From Epiperipatus broadwayi (Eukaryota; Animalia; Onychophora): DNA of 64,000 nucleotides. Below the pieces are notes generated by a model that saw nothing but the letters and a program-made list of their open reading frames with translations, had not been told where the DNA came from and made no database searches. Positions 52,751 through 64,000 of this stretch are shown piece by piece. The position numbers and the translations under genes were made by a program. Every line of letters starts with the position of its first letter. Within the stretch, counting starts at the first letter, position 1. The stretch spans positions 4,092,001 through 4,156,000 of the forward strand of contig JAQFVV010000005.1 in NCBI GenBank assembly GCA_028023455.1. Direction: 5' to 3'.

Positions 52751-54233
52751 TCATCTGACATGTTGTTTTCTCTTCTTTTTGTTTGCATCAGAAGTTATCT
52801 ATGAATATTTAAGTTTAAATATTTAATAGGAATACATAATTTGGGTTCCACTATATGTTTGCATGCTACTACAATGTTTTCAATGGCGTTCATACATACA
52901 TGACCTCTAATGGTTTGTACAAAGATTAAATTATTTATGTTATTTGTAATCTTGGTTATACCTTTAGCAGGTTATTGATAATTGATATATTTCTGAAATA
53001 ACTCTTGCTTTTTTTCTCTTTCCATAAAATTTGTTGGCTATTTGTCCACAAATAACAATGTTACTTTAGAAAAAATCTCCCCCTTTCTCATAAATTTTAG
53101 TCTCAAACATTAAGATCTGTTGCTCTCTCTCATCTTTATGGTCATATACCACTTCTTCCATTTGCTCTATGGTTTAGCATCCAGCTGAAGGTGCCCCAAA
53201 ACAGAAAATGTGATAATGTTAACCCAGATATTGAAAATTCTGAAAGAAACTAAAAAGCAAAGAGAAGAGGATGATAAAAAAGATGGACAAAGAGAAAAGA
53301 ATAACAAAAACAGAGATGAGCAAAGAAAAGAGGATATAAAAAGATAGTAGATCAAAGATAAGAGGATAATAAAACAGCTGAAGAAACTGAGATGCTTCTA
53401 AAAAAATAGAAGAAAGCAGTTTGCAAAAACAGATGTTGTTTAAAGAAATAAAAAATCTAATCAGAAGCAAGATTGCAAAACATCTTAGAGAAAGGCATTC
53501 AAAAATGTACCAAAGTGTTTATGAGGATAACCAACATAATATATCCTAAATAAGTGAAGAAAATAGAAAAGATATTGAAGAATCTGTTACAAAAAAATAT
53601 AGCATGGATGCTAAAGCCACTATTACTGATGTGGATTTCATTGCTACATATAATCATTTGGATTAAATACAAATAAAGAAAAATACCAAAAACAAAAAAA
53701 TGTAAATAATAAATCAAAATAATAAAGAATGAAAAGAAGAAAACTATCAGGAACAGTATAGGATGAATTATCCCAAAAGATATACAAAATAGATGCCAGA
53801 GAGACCTAAACTAAGTTTTTTCAAAGTCAAATATTTCAATTTAAAAGGTTAACTGCTGGTTCTCTGTTAAGTTGACAAATAAAATTTGCTAGGTATAACC
53901 TATCATGAAGATTAAACCAGATGATTTTGTACATTGATATATGTATTGAGCTGATAGTTAAAATGCTAAAGTAAAAACCCATATAAGGTTAGGAGGAACA
54001 GATTTTGGCTCTTCCACTTTTCAATATAAAATATTACTGAAAATAAAAGATAAAAGTAGTATAAAAAGTGCTGTTGAGAGAAGTACTAAATGTAATCCAC
54101 AGGAAGAGGCCTGGGTAAGAAGAAAGATTAATAGTAGTTCAGAGAGTAGAGTCAATCTAAACAGATCATTACCATTCTATCACTGGCCTGACACAAATAA
54201 GATTACCAATAGTGCATGAATTAGAATACTTAC

Positions 54234-54290
54234 CAAATATCTCTGTAATATTGGACAGGACCATCAATAAGATGACCATTAAAATATATA
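54234..54290 (-). CDS. Candidate isolated 57-nt exon (IYFNGHLIDGPVQYYRDI), product unrecognised
   Basis: Acceptor CCTTTTTCATTATTTTAAG| and donor TTG|GTAAGTA, frame-preserving length, one open protein-like frame. No partner exons confirmed. Confidence 0.35.
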
Positions 54291-57200
54291 CTTAAAATAA
54301 TGAAAAAGGATATGTGAGTCCTTATTTCATTGTCTCATCATTCAAAGTGGAGTATGGAGTATTATAATGTTGTGAGCAGTGGTCAACTCTGATCATGCCA
54401 ATATTAAAGCTCCTTACATTTAGAATAAATTATTGAGAAGAGAATAATATTTAAATTTTTTAATGTGTTATTTTTATTATAATATCGAACATTAAACTTT
54501 ACATTTTTATTAAAATGATAATATAAGAATTCTTAAAAGTTAATTTTTTAACAATAAAATATTCTAATATGTGATAATTTTAAAATTTATAAAAGAGAGA
54601 GAAAAACATAAAATCAAATAAACAATTTTTTTTGTTCTGTTCCATTAAAGAATTTACTGAAATGAAAAGAGTTTCTCTTTAGTAGATTATTTAGCCATTT
54701 TAATTTTAATTTTGAGAGAGATAAAGTAGGTACAGTTTTATGTTTAGTGGTATTTAAATATATATATAAAGTTTTAATTTTTTTTTTAATTATTTCAAAT
54801 AGGTAGAATTGTTTTTCATTATATCTTTTCTCTTTATTTTTATCAAAACTAATAAACAGATTATCTCCTTTTTCTTATGGCATAAGAGAAAAACAAGTAC
54901 AGATGATTTTTTACCTTGTTTTGTAATATAAAAGTGGGAAATACTGCTAAATTGTTTATGTAAAAATGGATTTAATTGGTTAGGATTAAATTTTGACATA
55001 TAACTACAGGATTGTGATTGGTGGGAGGCAGGTTTGTTTCAAAAGTAGGGTGTGGGTAAATCAGAAAACCTCAATTTTTTTGTAAAAAGCAAGCAGTTTT
55101 AGTGAAGCTGTTGAAGAGGATAGATATTTTAACCAAATAGTTGACGAGAACAACATGAGTCTCAATCAAGTTGTTAAATATAACAGCAGAAAAAGTCTTA
55201 ATTTAGTGGTTGAATATGGCATTTATTATTGACTTACCTGCTAAAAAACAAGAAAGAAAAAGCTTAGCTGTAAAAAAGTTGTTTAAAATGAAGATAAATA
55301 TTATCTCTACATAAACAGCTCACTAGAAAAATGTAAAGAAGAAAAATAGCACTGATGTAATCTACAACATACTCTATCTCCAACTAAGAGAATGAGGGCT
55401 TCTATATGTTATCCTGATGTAGAATATTTATTACAAAAAAAATGGATGAGTTTTTATTATGTGTTAGTCTGAAAAATTCTATTGCAAAATGGAAAAAAGC
55501 AACTATATACATTAACCAAAATTGAGAAGACTTCAAAAAGAAAACCTACATGGAAAATCTGTAAATTAAAAATGCTAAAAATTTCAAACAATTTTAAACC
55601 ATAATACAAGATATTTTAGTGTGCACATTACACTTTCATTTAGAAATAAAAACATTGTAGAATAATAATTGAAAATAATGAATAATTTTAGTAATATAAC
55701 ATTTTTTAACATGTTTTTTTATTCACTCCATTTTTTTCTTTCAAAATTATAATAAGTTTTTAAGAAATTTAAGTTGTATTAAATTTAACATTTCTTTGAG
55801 AGATGTTTTTTATTCATTTATCCCCTTCCATCCAAATTATATACAAAAGGATTAAGCTCATTTAAAATGTCCTTATCTCTGTTGAAATGCTGTTTTCCAA
55901 TTTTTGTAATTTATAAGGAAATAACATAATGAAAGCAAAAGTTAATTAATTTAAAAAATAAAATCAGCTGATTAGTTTTGATTTTAATATGACACTACTT
56001 TTGATAAGAATGCATAAATTTAAATTATCATATTATCATAGCATATAAAAAATATTATTAATCAGTTAGTTTATTAATAATTGTTTATAAAAATATTCTA
56101 GTGCTATATTTTTATTCCACCAGCAATCTGTTTTATGAATTGGCAGTGTGTGACATATTTTCAATACAGCTTAGTGTTTTAGGGATTTTTAAAATTATTA
56201 TAGTATTATCATTATTATAGTAGAGTAAAACTATAAATTATCTAAAGTTATTTATTTCTTGTTCACAGTCACAGTCCCTGGAATCCTTGCTTCCTTAGCT
56301 AGTTTAAAGCATAATGGGTCATTCTATGTATATAGGGATTTATGTCAGTATTTGGACAACCTGATGATAACTTCAGATGGTGAAAAGGTATCACCTTTAA
56401 GGTCCATTTACTGCAGTTTGTTTCTTATATTAGAAATTTAGTTTGTAGTTGATCTATTCTCTCATACTATCATATAACCAGAGTATTAATGTTCAGCATG
56501 TTTCAGCATCTTAGCATTTTTTATTATAAGTGATGGATTAACACTTAAATATGTGCATGCAAATAATTGTGTTACATTCTGCCCTGAGTTTGGCAGTGGT
56601 TGAATAAGTAGCCTGTTTATAATGGACCTCTTTTATATCCAGTCATAAGGTTGATTTACTGATAATTATTGAGCTGATTATTAGTGTTCTCTAATGCTGG
56701 TGATATAAATGCTTATATTGTCTGATGCTGACTCTTTTTTATATTCATTTTATATCTGTGATTGTTAAGATAATGATGGTTTACTGTCTCACCATAGTCT
56801 GCACTTTTATTTTTGTACTATTACAATATATATATAATATAAACTACTTTATAAAATAATTATATCCAAAAACATTTTTATAATAGTTCACAAATCAGAC
56901 TCCCAAAGAATCCTTTCAATAACCTTGCTAATAATTGTTACATAATTGATAAACTGTAATTTAATGATGGGTTTTTAGAATTATTAGTATATAAAAGCAT
57001 ATATATGCAAACACCATCAATTTGGAATAATTTATAATATATTTGACCATGTTTTTAATCTGAGTCAGAGGAAGCTGATACTCCATTATGATTATTAATT
57101 TGAATTAATAGGAATCGTATAGCTTAATATTATTTTAACTATTCTTGCATTTAATCTATATTTTTAATCTATTTATTCACATTATGATTAGTGGGGTTAT

Positions 57201-57353
57201 GAATTGATTAATTTTTTATAGATATTCTTGATATTGCATTTCCTCAAACAAATATGAGTTTGATTATTACTTTCTTCATTTTGGATTAAAACTGAATGCC
57301 TTATTTTCCCATCTTAATTTTAAAAAATGATGTCATCGGATCAACAAATTGAA

Positions 57354-57690
57354 ACAGACAAAACTCTCCATACAGTATTGCCACTCATTGCAAGCCAGAA
57401 TAATCAATGGGCCAGAAGGCTTGTGCATAAAATCCCCATCTAGTGCCTACTCATCCAATATCCCCAGACTAGTTTCTGGCTCTATTTGCAATGTTCTCAG
57501 ATCCAAGAATCCTTATTGACAAAGGCCACAAGTGAGAAACTATTCTGGGGATATTGGATGAGTAGGCACTAGATGGAGATTTTATGCATAAGCCTGGCTT
57601 GTAGTGAGTGGCACTACTGTATGGAGAGTTTTTCCTGTTTTAATAACAGTTACAAGCAAGCATAAAAATGGTGATCATGTGATGATCATT
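57354..57690 (+). mobile_element. Family B copy (B4): inverted arms around a truncated core
   Basis: 57354-57480 is inverted relative to 57535-57640. A possible degenerate TSD GATCAACAAATTGAA (57339-53) / GATCAGAAAATTGAA (57691-705) flanks it. Confidence 0.8.
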
Positions 57691-58315
57691 GATCAGAAAA
57701 TTGAACAAATTTTTCTTTAAGTCAACTTGGCATTTCTTTAATTTAAGGTAAATTAAATTTTATTATAATGATCATTAATACATGATTTTATGGAATAATT
57801 TTGAACAAATATGGTCACTAAAGATTACTGCAGTGTTTCTATAAATATTATTAAATGTACTAATAGACGCTATTACTATATTGTTAGCTCTTTGAAATTT
57901 CAATAAATCATACTTTGGTCCTCAAACCAATTACACTTCTAAAATTTTTATTGAATAGACTAAAATGAAATCAATCTAAATACGGTTTATTTTAAGGATT
58001 CTCTTGATCCATCAAATTCTGTGATAATAAATGAGGAAGTTTTGATAATTGATGATGATGATGATAATAATAATTGACTAAACTCCTCTGATAAAAGAAT
58101 GATTTTATTTTTGATTAGGTCCCACTTTCTTAACACCTTTATTTTTTCCTATCTCTTCAGAATGTAATTTATCACAAGAAATAATGCATGCACACACATT
58201 GATGAAATATAAGTTAAATGGCAATTTAGGTAAACTTATATCATGTAATTTTTTTTATTATCGTTTTCACCTCTTCCTTTTTTTTCTTGATAAAATATCA
58301 ATAGTTTTTATTATT

Positions 58316-58403
58316 ATTTTTTTAATGTGTCAAAGCGTCAGCCGGGAAGAGAACCCCAGGACAACTGCTTGTAAGGTGGCTGTGCTAACCACTCAGCCAC
58401 CAA
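58316..58403 (-). mobile_element. tRNA-Gly-derived SINE copy
   Basis: Minus strand reads TTGGTGGCTGAGTGGTTAGCACAGCCACCTTACAAGCAGTTGTCCTGGGGTTCTCTTCCCGGCTGACGCTTTGACACATTAAAA. Confidence 0.8.
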
Positions 58404-59149
58404 GTTAATGGCCATATTTTCAAGATCTTAATAAAGCATATATTAGTACAATTTATGTTTTGAAATCTGTAGCATATACAAAATAGATATATATATATAA
58501 AATCTGCCTATCAAAATAATTGTCAAAATTTTATCCAATAATAGACAGTTTGATTCCAATACTGAATCCCATTTTTAAAAAAAATAGCTATTTTATCCCT
58601 GGATTATAATTATTTGAGTTATAAAAGTTTGGGAAATAAGTTAATAAATTTTACTTTTATTGGCTCAAATGTATTTCTGAAATATTTGCGATTTGTTTAA
58701 AATAAATGTTCTCAACTTTAAAATAATTATGCTACTATATCTCTATATAAGAATTCTTTTAATTTTATCCAAAATATATTTTATTTAGACAATGTTCATA
58801 GCCATATTTGTTTATCAAGTAGAGTTTAGTCTCTCAGTATTTCATTCCTTACTACAGAGATACAACTTGAGGAAAGATTCTTCAGATTGACTTTGATTTC
58901 AAAATAGAAATTTTAATAAAGGCTGTGATGTCAAAGCAACTTTTGTAAAATACTAGTTTTTTTTTTTTTTTGCCATTCAAACCTAGCCCATCTTAGCTGA
59001 TTAGAAATGCCTTTGAGATGAGATCCCTTTTTATCCACTGATCAATTCAAATGGGCTTTTTATGCAGCTGTTTTTTTTTTTTTTAGAGTTATAGGGCTGC
59101 TAATGATGAAATTATAACTCTTCCCTTTGTGTGTTATTGTAAACAAAAT

Positions 59150-59275
59150 TATTTGTATTTGAAAAGTTTAAATATAGTTTAAAATTTTCTATACATTCAA
59201 CATTTACTAATAGATGATGGAAATAGTCCAACATATTATCACAATATACCATCATCAGAAACCTTCAGGCAAATA
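59150..59275 (-). repeat. Family C copy (inverted)
   Basis: The plus strand AGATGATGGAAATAGTCCAACATATTATCACAATATACCATCATCAGAAACCTTCAGGCAAA is the reverse complement of the family C core. Confidence 0.75.
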
Positions 59276-59659
59276 AAACTCTACCTTTTCTTGTTTCTCT
59301 TTCAGAATTATGAATAAATTAATTATAAAATTGCAATTGCCTCTGTATAAGGCTTTTTATCATCTGGCAATATTGGTCATTCAAAACCAAAACATTTATT
59401 TATAAATAACTTTATTTTTATATTTAGTTATATCGATTATTCCTTACATAATTACTTAAGTATTGGGGAACAAAATCTATTTTTCAGTCTGAATAATAAT
59501 TTTTAAAAAATGTTATTTTAGATTACAAATAAAATTATAAAAAAAGAAAGTATATGCTATAAAATAAACCTATTTCATTTTTTTTAATGTAACATTTTCT
59601 ATTTCAATTGCTTATAACTTTGTGATTAATTTTTGTCTTAATATATATCTATATGAGTA

Positions 59660-60278
59660 AGCCAATAAATATCACATGATCACCATTTCTTGTGCTTGCT
59701 TATAACTGTTATTAAACAGGCAAAACTCTCCATACAGTATTGCCACTCAGTGCAAGCCAGAGTAATCAATGGATGCTAGAAGGCTTGTGCCACTGAGTGG
59801 CAAAACTGTAAGGAGAGTTTTGCCTGTTTAATAAGTTATAAGCAAGCATAAGAAATGGTGACCATATGATGTTTATTGGCTTAAAACCAATCCTCCCTAA
59901 TAGGATAATGGTGACTATGGTTATTAAAGAACCAAAGACACCAGGTATTGAACTGAGTTCAGATCTATATGACTATATAAGCTATAGAGCTTGGATTGAA
60001 AATATTATTGTGTTTTCAATTTAAGACTCATAGTTTTGTAGTTAAGTAGAGATAAAAGGTGGCTGCTGGAGGTTTTGCATTAGATCCTAAGATTTAGGTG
60101 CAGTGCTCTTAGATCCAAGGCTTCTCACTAATGAAGGCCACAAGCCAGAAACTATTCTGGGGATATTGGATGAGTATGCACTAGATGGGAATTTTATGCA
60201 TAATCCTTCTGGCATCCATTGATTACTCTGGCTTGCACTGAGTGGCAATACTTTATGGAGAGTTTTGCCTGTTTAATA
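59660..60278 (+). mobile_element. Family B complete insertion (B5): inverted segment plus ~445-nt monomer with terminal redundancy
   Basis: Inverted segment 59660-59790, direct repeat 59791-59833 / 60237-60278, and a 10-bp TSD TATATGAGTA at 59650-59659 and 60279-60288. The ribozyme at ~60124-60161 is mutated (CTAATGA, CTAT-TC). Confidence 0.9.
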
Positions 60279-62275
60279 TATATGAGTACATAGTATAGGA
60301 TTCACAATATACTTATAACATCTTCTGGATATATCTATGAGTTTAGATTCAAATGTATGTAAAACTTAGAAAACTTTTTTGAGTAGATGGAAATTTGCAA
60401 ATGAGGTCAGCCAAACCATAGACAATAATTCTTTAAGAATATCAGTTTTATAAAATTCCATTTAGATGTTAAGAGAGATAATAAAAACAAATTTAAATCA
60501 ATTATTAAATATCTCTTCACTTCCTCTTTCAGAAAAAGATATATAATAATGTACTGCATACATGGGTATGGAAAAAAGTTTCCACAATAAACAAGATTTA
60601 TGTATATATATACAAAATATTTTTGAGTTTTATTCACATATATTCAAAAACAGATAGTAACCATTTTCTAAGAAGTCATCACTTATCAGAAGAAGGTATT
60701 TAGAGATAAATTTATAAAAACTGGATGGGTGGAGCGATGACGTTTAAATAAGATTATACAAGTGAAACTTATATATATATTAGCTAACACAGTTTATGTT
60801 TTCAGAGGAGTTTGTTTACACAAAAGTAACAAAGATTTGTCATAATTAATAATTTAACCAAAAAAAAGCATATCTGTAAAAGAAAATTATAAGAACGAAC
60901 ACTAATTTATAATTTTGGAGGCCTAGGACATAATAGTTATAACAACCTGTTACGGCCATGATATGTGGTTTAAATCTGGGATTGGTAAAATTTTTAAATT
61001 TTATGTTTTAATATACAACGTTTTTATTTAGTAAATGAATATTCAACTTATTTTATCTAAAGGAAACAAACTGTAATATGAAAGTTATAAAATCCTTCAA
61101 CTATCAGTTATCAATGGGGATGATGATCTGTTCTTCACTAATCTTCTTCAGTAAAAGGGAGAAGTTATTTGAAGAGTCTTTGCTTTGCTTTGCAATGAGC
61201 TATTTAAAAACCATTTTAACTTCTGTCTATATATGTATTCATACATACATAGGATTTTAAATAATATTTAAGTATAGTTTTAATAACTATGTATAAAAAT
61301 TTTCGTTTTTAAGAAAAAAAATACACATAGATGAGATTTAAAATTGCTAGCTGTTTATTAAAGTTCAAACTAAACTTACAGAAATTCTATCTTCACTCTT
61401 TGTAAACATTTATTTAAAAAGCTTTTAAAATAAATGTAGAGAGAAACTTAATAAATACAAATAAAATAATGAAAAAATAAACAAAATTGAAAAATAAAAC
61501 TAGCCTTACACAAAAAATAAAAAAACGTCGGAATAAAAGTTCATTAATAAAATTGTAAATAAACAACAGTGGCGGTTCTCCTCTCTGATAAAACAATTCT
61601 TATAACATTTAGAAAGACTTTACTGTTCAATGAACTCCCTTCTGGACGGTCTTACTTTTAAAAGCAAAAAATAAATAAATAATTGAAGAAAACTTTTTTT
61701 AATATCAGCGAAACTTTTTTTTTTACATTAAAACCGTGTTAATTTTTTTTTTTTAAATCTAATATTTCCAAAGAAAAATATTTGTTTTTTTATATATATA
61801 TTTATTTTATAAACATCATCAAAAATCAATTTCTTAATGTAAACGCAATATTTGCAGAAAACAATCAATTTACATTTTTCCAAAAAAAATTCGAACATCT
61901 CCATTCAACGTAATTCAGCAACTCGTTTGTTTACTCAAGTATATCTTAGATTTTTTTTTTTAAAAAAAAAACAAACAAAAAAACAATGAAAAATTTTACT
62001 TTGAAATTTTATAGACAAAACTTTTTGGAAGCTATGATACTGTCTGTAAATATTTGAAAGGAAACTTATGTATGTGTTTAAGACCTACCAATGCCTGGGA
62101 AACAAACAAAAAAAACAATCTCAAAATACTTCTTAGCAGATCAAAGGCCTTGCCTTTTACAGGAAGACTCAAAAAAAAAAAAAGCATTACTCAGCTTAAA
62201 GTTTTGAGTTTTTTTGTTGTTTTCTCCTCTAGATAAAAGTAACTAGTTAATCATTAATAAATAATAAAATAGTTT

Positions 62276-62358
62276 TTTTTTTTTAATGTGTCAAAGCGTC
62301 GGCCGAGACTACTGCTTGTAAGGCAACGGTGCTAATCACTCAGCCACCAACGCTTGAC
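62276..62358 (-). mobile_element. tRNA-Gly-derived SINE copy with internal deletion of the T arm
   Basis: Minus strand reads GTCAAGCGTTGGTGGCTGAGTGATTAGCACCGTTGCCTTACAAGCAGTAGTCTCGGCCGACGCTTTGACACATTAAAA. A 16-bp TSD AATAATAAAATAGTTT lies at 62260-62275 and 62359-62374. Confidence 0.85.
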
Positions 62359-63250
62359 AATAATAAAATAGTTTATTACTCAGGAATTTATATGAAATTC
62401 AAGCCTTGGCAATAACAATAGGACCATGATATATGGATCTGGGATCCAGAGTCCGCTACTCCGCCACAACACAAAATCGTGATAGAAATAATTTACAGAG
62501 AATATTTGATGGTTTATTGGGTTTATTATATCTGTCTATCTAAAACAAAATAAATAAATCACTTTACAACTTATTAAAAAGCAACTATTATCTGGTCCAA
62601 GTTTGAATCTAGGATGTAGCCATAGTAGAGACATGAACTATGGCTACATACATGATATTCTTCATTATTTACACGTAATTATATTATACATCAGTTAATC
62701 AAGCTTAACATATTGAGCCAAATATTGTCAAACATTGCCAAGGCCATACTACATATAGATAAAAAATGGAAAACCACTTTTTATCCCCATCTAGGTTATA
62801 TATATACACTAATAAAAAATTGAGTACTAATGGGGTGAAATTGCAGATCATCAAAAAAGTTTAAATGAATATTATATCACTCAGTCTAGATTAATGTAGG
62901 CAAACTTGTATCAGGTTTCATTAACTTCTTAGTGAATTTATAATTTCATTCTGCTCTGTGTCTTAACCTTGTCATGGACAAACAAGGCAATTAAATCGAG
63001 GTTGTAACATTTAATGTTGCATACATGTGTCCTTCATAATGAATAATTATTTTATTAAAATGATTTTCTTAACTAAATTTAACTTCAAATTAATTTTAGA
63101 CAATACTAGAAGAATAAACATATTATAAAAGAATCAATTTATTTAAGGAAATAAAAAACAAGGTTTTTTTTATATTAGCCAGAGTAATATAACATTTTTA
63201 CTATATATCCACACCAGTTTAGATAATATATATATGCTTATGCTATAGCT

Positions 63251-63282
63251 CTGAAGAAGATTGCTAGACAGTCAAAACTGTA
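63251..63282 (+). ncRNA. Possible hammerhead remnant
   Basis: CTGAAGA-A-GATTG-CTAGA-CAGTC-AAAA-CTG-TA: a 5-bp stem II with one wobble. GAAA is lost, consistent with CpG decay, and no stem I is visible. Confidence 0.3.
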
Positions 63283-64000
63283 AAAATGTTTTGCCAAGTT
63301 GAATAAATTGTTGCACGGTAAAAAATATATAAAGAAAAGAGTATTTGTTTAATTGCTAAAATATCATATATTTTATATTTATAAAATTGGAATGTTTTAC
63401 AAATTATCAAAACAATCTAAAAAAATTATCTTGCAGTCATTCTAGTTGACAAAAAAACTTAAACAAGAGTTAGCATTTTGTGCAAAATGAAATCTGCAAT
63501 TAAATCTTACCTTTGAACTATAGAGGTTTATATTTTGCTACACCTGCCATCTATTAATAAAGGTAAAAAAATGAAGTATATAATGTTACCATTCATTTAA
63601 AAATATTTACAGTAAGATTTCAGTCAACTATCATTCAAGTATTCTCTGACTATATTGTGACTGACAAATTTAAGTAGAACTACCACCTTGAAATGACAAC
63701 AAATTTATCAATAAAAAATTATTCTTATTAACAGGTATGAGATTTCATTAAGTTCTTGGAAGTTTTATAATTTCACTTAAAAAAATTTCAACTGTTTACC
63801 ATATATTGTATATAACAACTCAGATGTGCATAGAAAATGGTGTTTTTTTTATGTATGTATAGAGTAACATTGTCAATCATCAGTGAAATTTAGTTAGAAA
63901 TGTTATTTGTGATGATTTTTTTAGCAGGTTACATAATTAAATATAATTGCTAGTTTAGCTCTTGGCATTTTTGATCTATATTCGCTTAACTAGTTCTAAG

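Noticed and set aside
53170-53660. K/E-rich coiled-coil-like stretch as gag or ORF1
   Set aside because: Low-complexity, purine-rich sequence with stops and no diagnostic motif. It is plausible as a retroelement remnant but cannot be supported.
56365-56400. CTGATGA...GAAA as a hammerhead (similar partial hits at 2287 and 39322)
   Set aside because: The intervening sequence does not form a stem II adjacent to the core boxes, or the GAAA box is missing.
172-62236. The short ORFs in the supplied track as host genes
   Set aside because: Nearly all are 60-100 aa, rich in F/I/L/K/Y as expected from random AT-rich DNA, and many start at non-ATG codons. Those at 19162, 22385, 22747 and 28519 lie in family A repeats, and 2294 is antisense to the PLE remnant.
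62614-62649. 13-bp perfect hairpin ATGTAGCCATAGT / ACTATGGCTACAT as a terminator or miRNA
   Set aside because: Too short for a pre-miRNA, single copy, and intrinsic terminators are not relevant in this eukaryotic context.
1-64000. CRISPR arrays, rRNA genes, prokaryotic operons or viral genome organisation
   Set aside because: No regularly spaced repeat-spacer array, no rRNA-like sequence and no long ORFs. Microsatellites, SINEs, LINEs and CpG depletion indicate eukaryotic nuclear DNA.

Overview
Very AT-rich eukaryotic nuclear DNA (GC roughly one quarter, judged by eye). It is probably from an arthropod, which is an inference from repeat content and patchy CpG depletion. I found no confidently recognisable host protein-coding gene, and the short ORFs in the supplied track look spurious or fall on the antisense strand of decayed transposons. 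The window is intronic or intergenic and full of mobile DNA: decayed RTE-type LINEs, two remnants of Penelope-like elements (a GIY-YIG endonuclease piece and a reverse transcriptase piece), a possible hAT remnant, and a short SINE built on tRNA-Gly(TCC) whose four copies all carry a TAC anticodon (two have 16-bp target-site duplications). The most notable signal is a set of small non-coding repeat families with ~400-475 nt monomers, each carrying a minimal type I hammerhead ribozyme with a palindromic stem III. Family A has the ribozyme on the minus strand; family B has an intact core at 41559-41596. Copies are inserted as greater-than-unit-length, circularly permuted sequences, often with an inverted 5' segment, and two have clear target-site duplications. 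This fits non-autonomous, Penelope-mobilised or retrozyme-like elements passing through a circular or multimeric RNA. The class is known, but I do not recognise these particular families.
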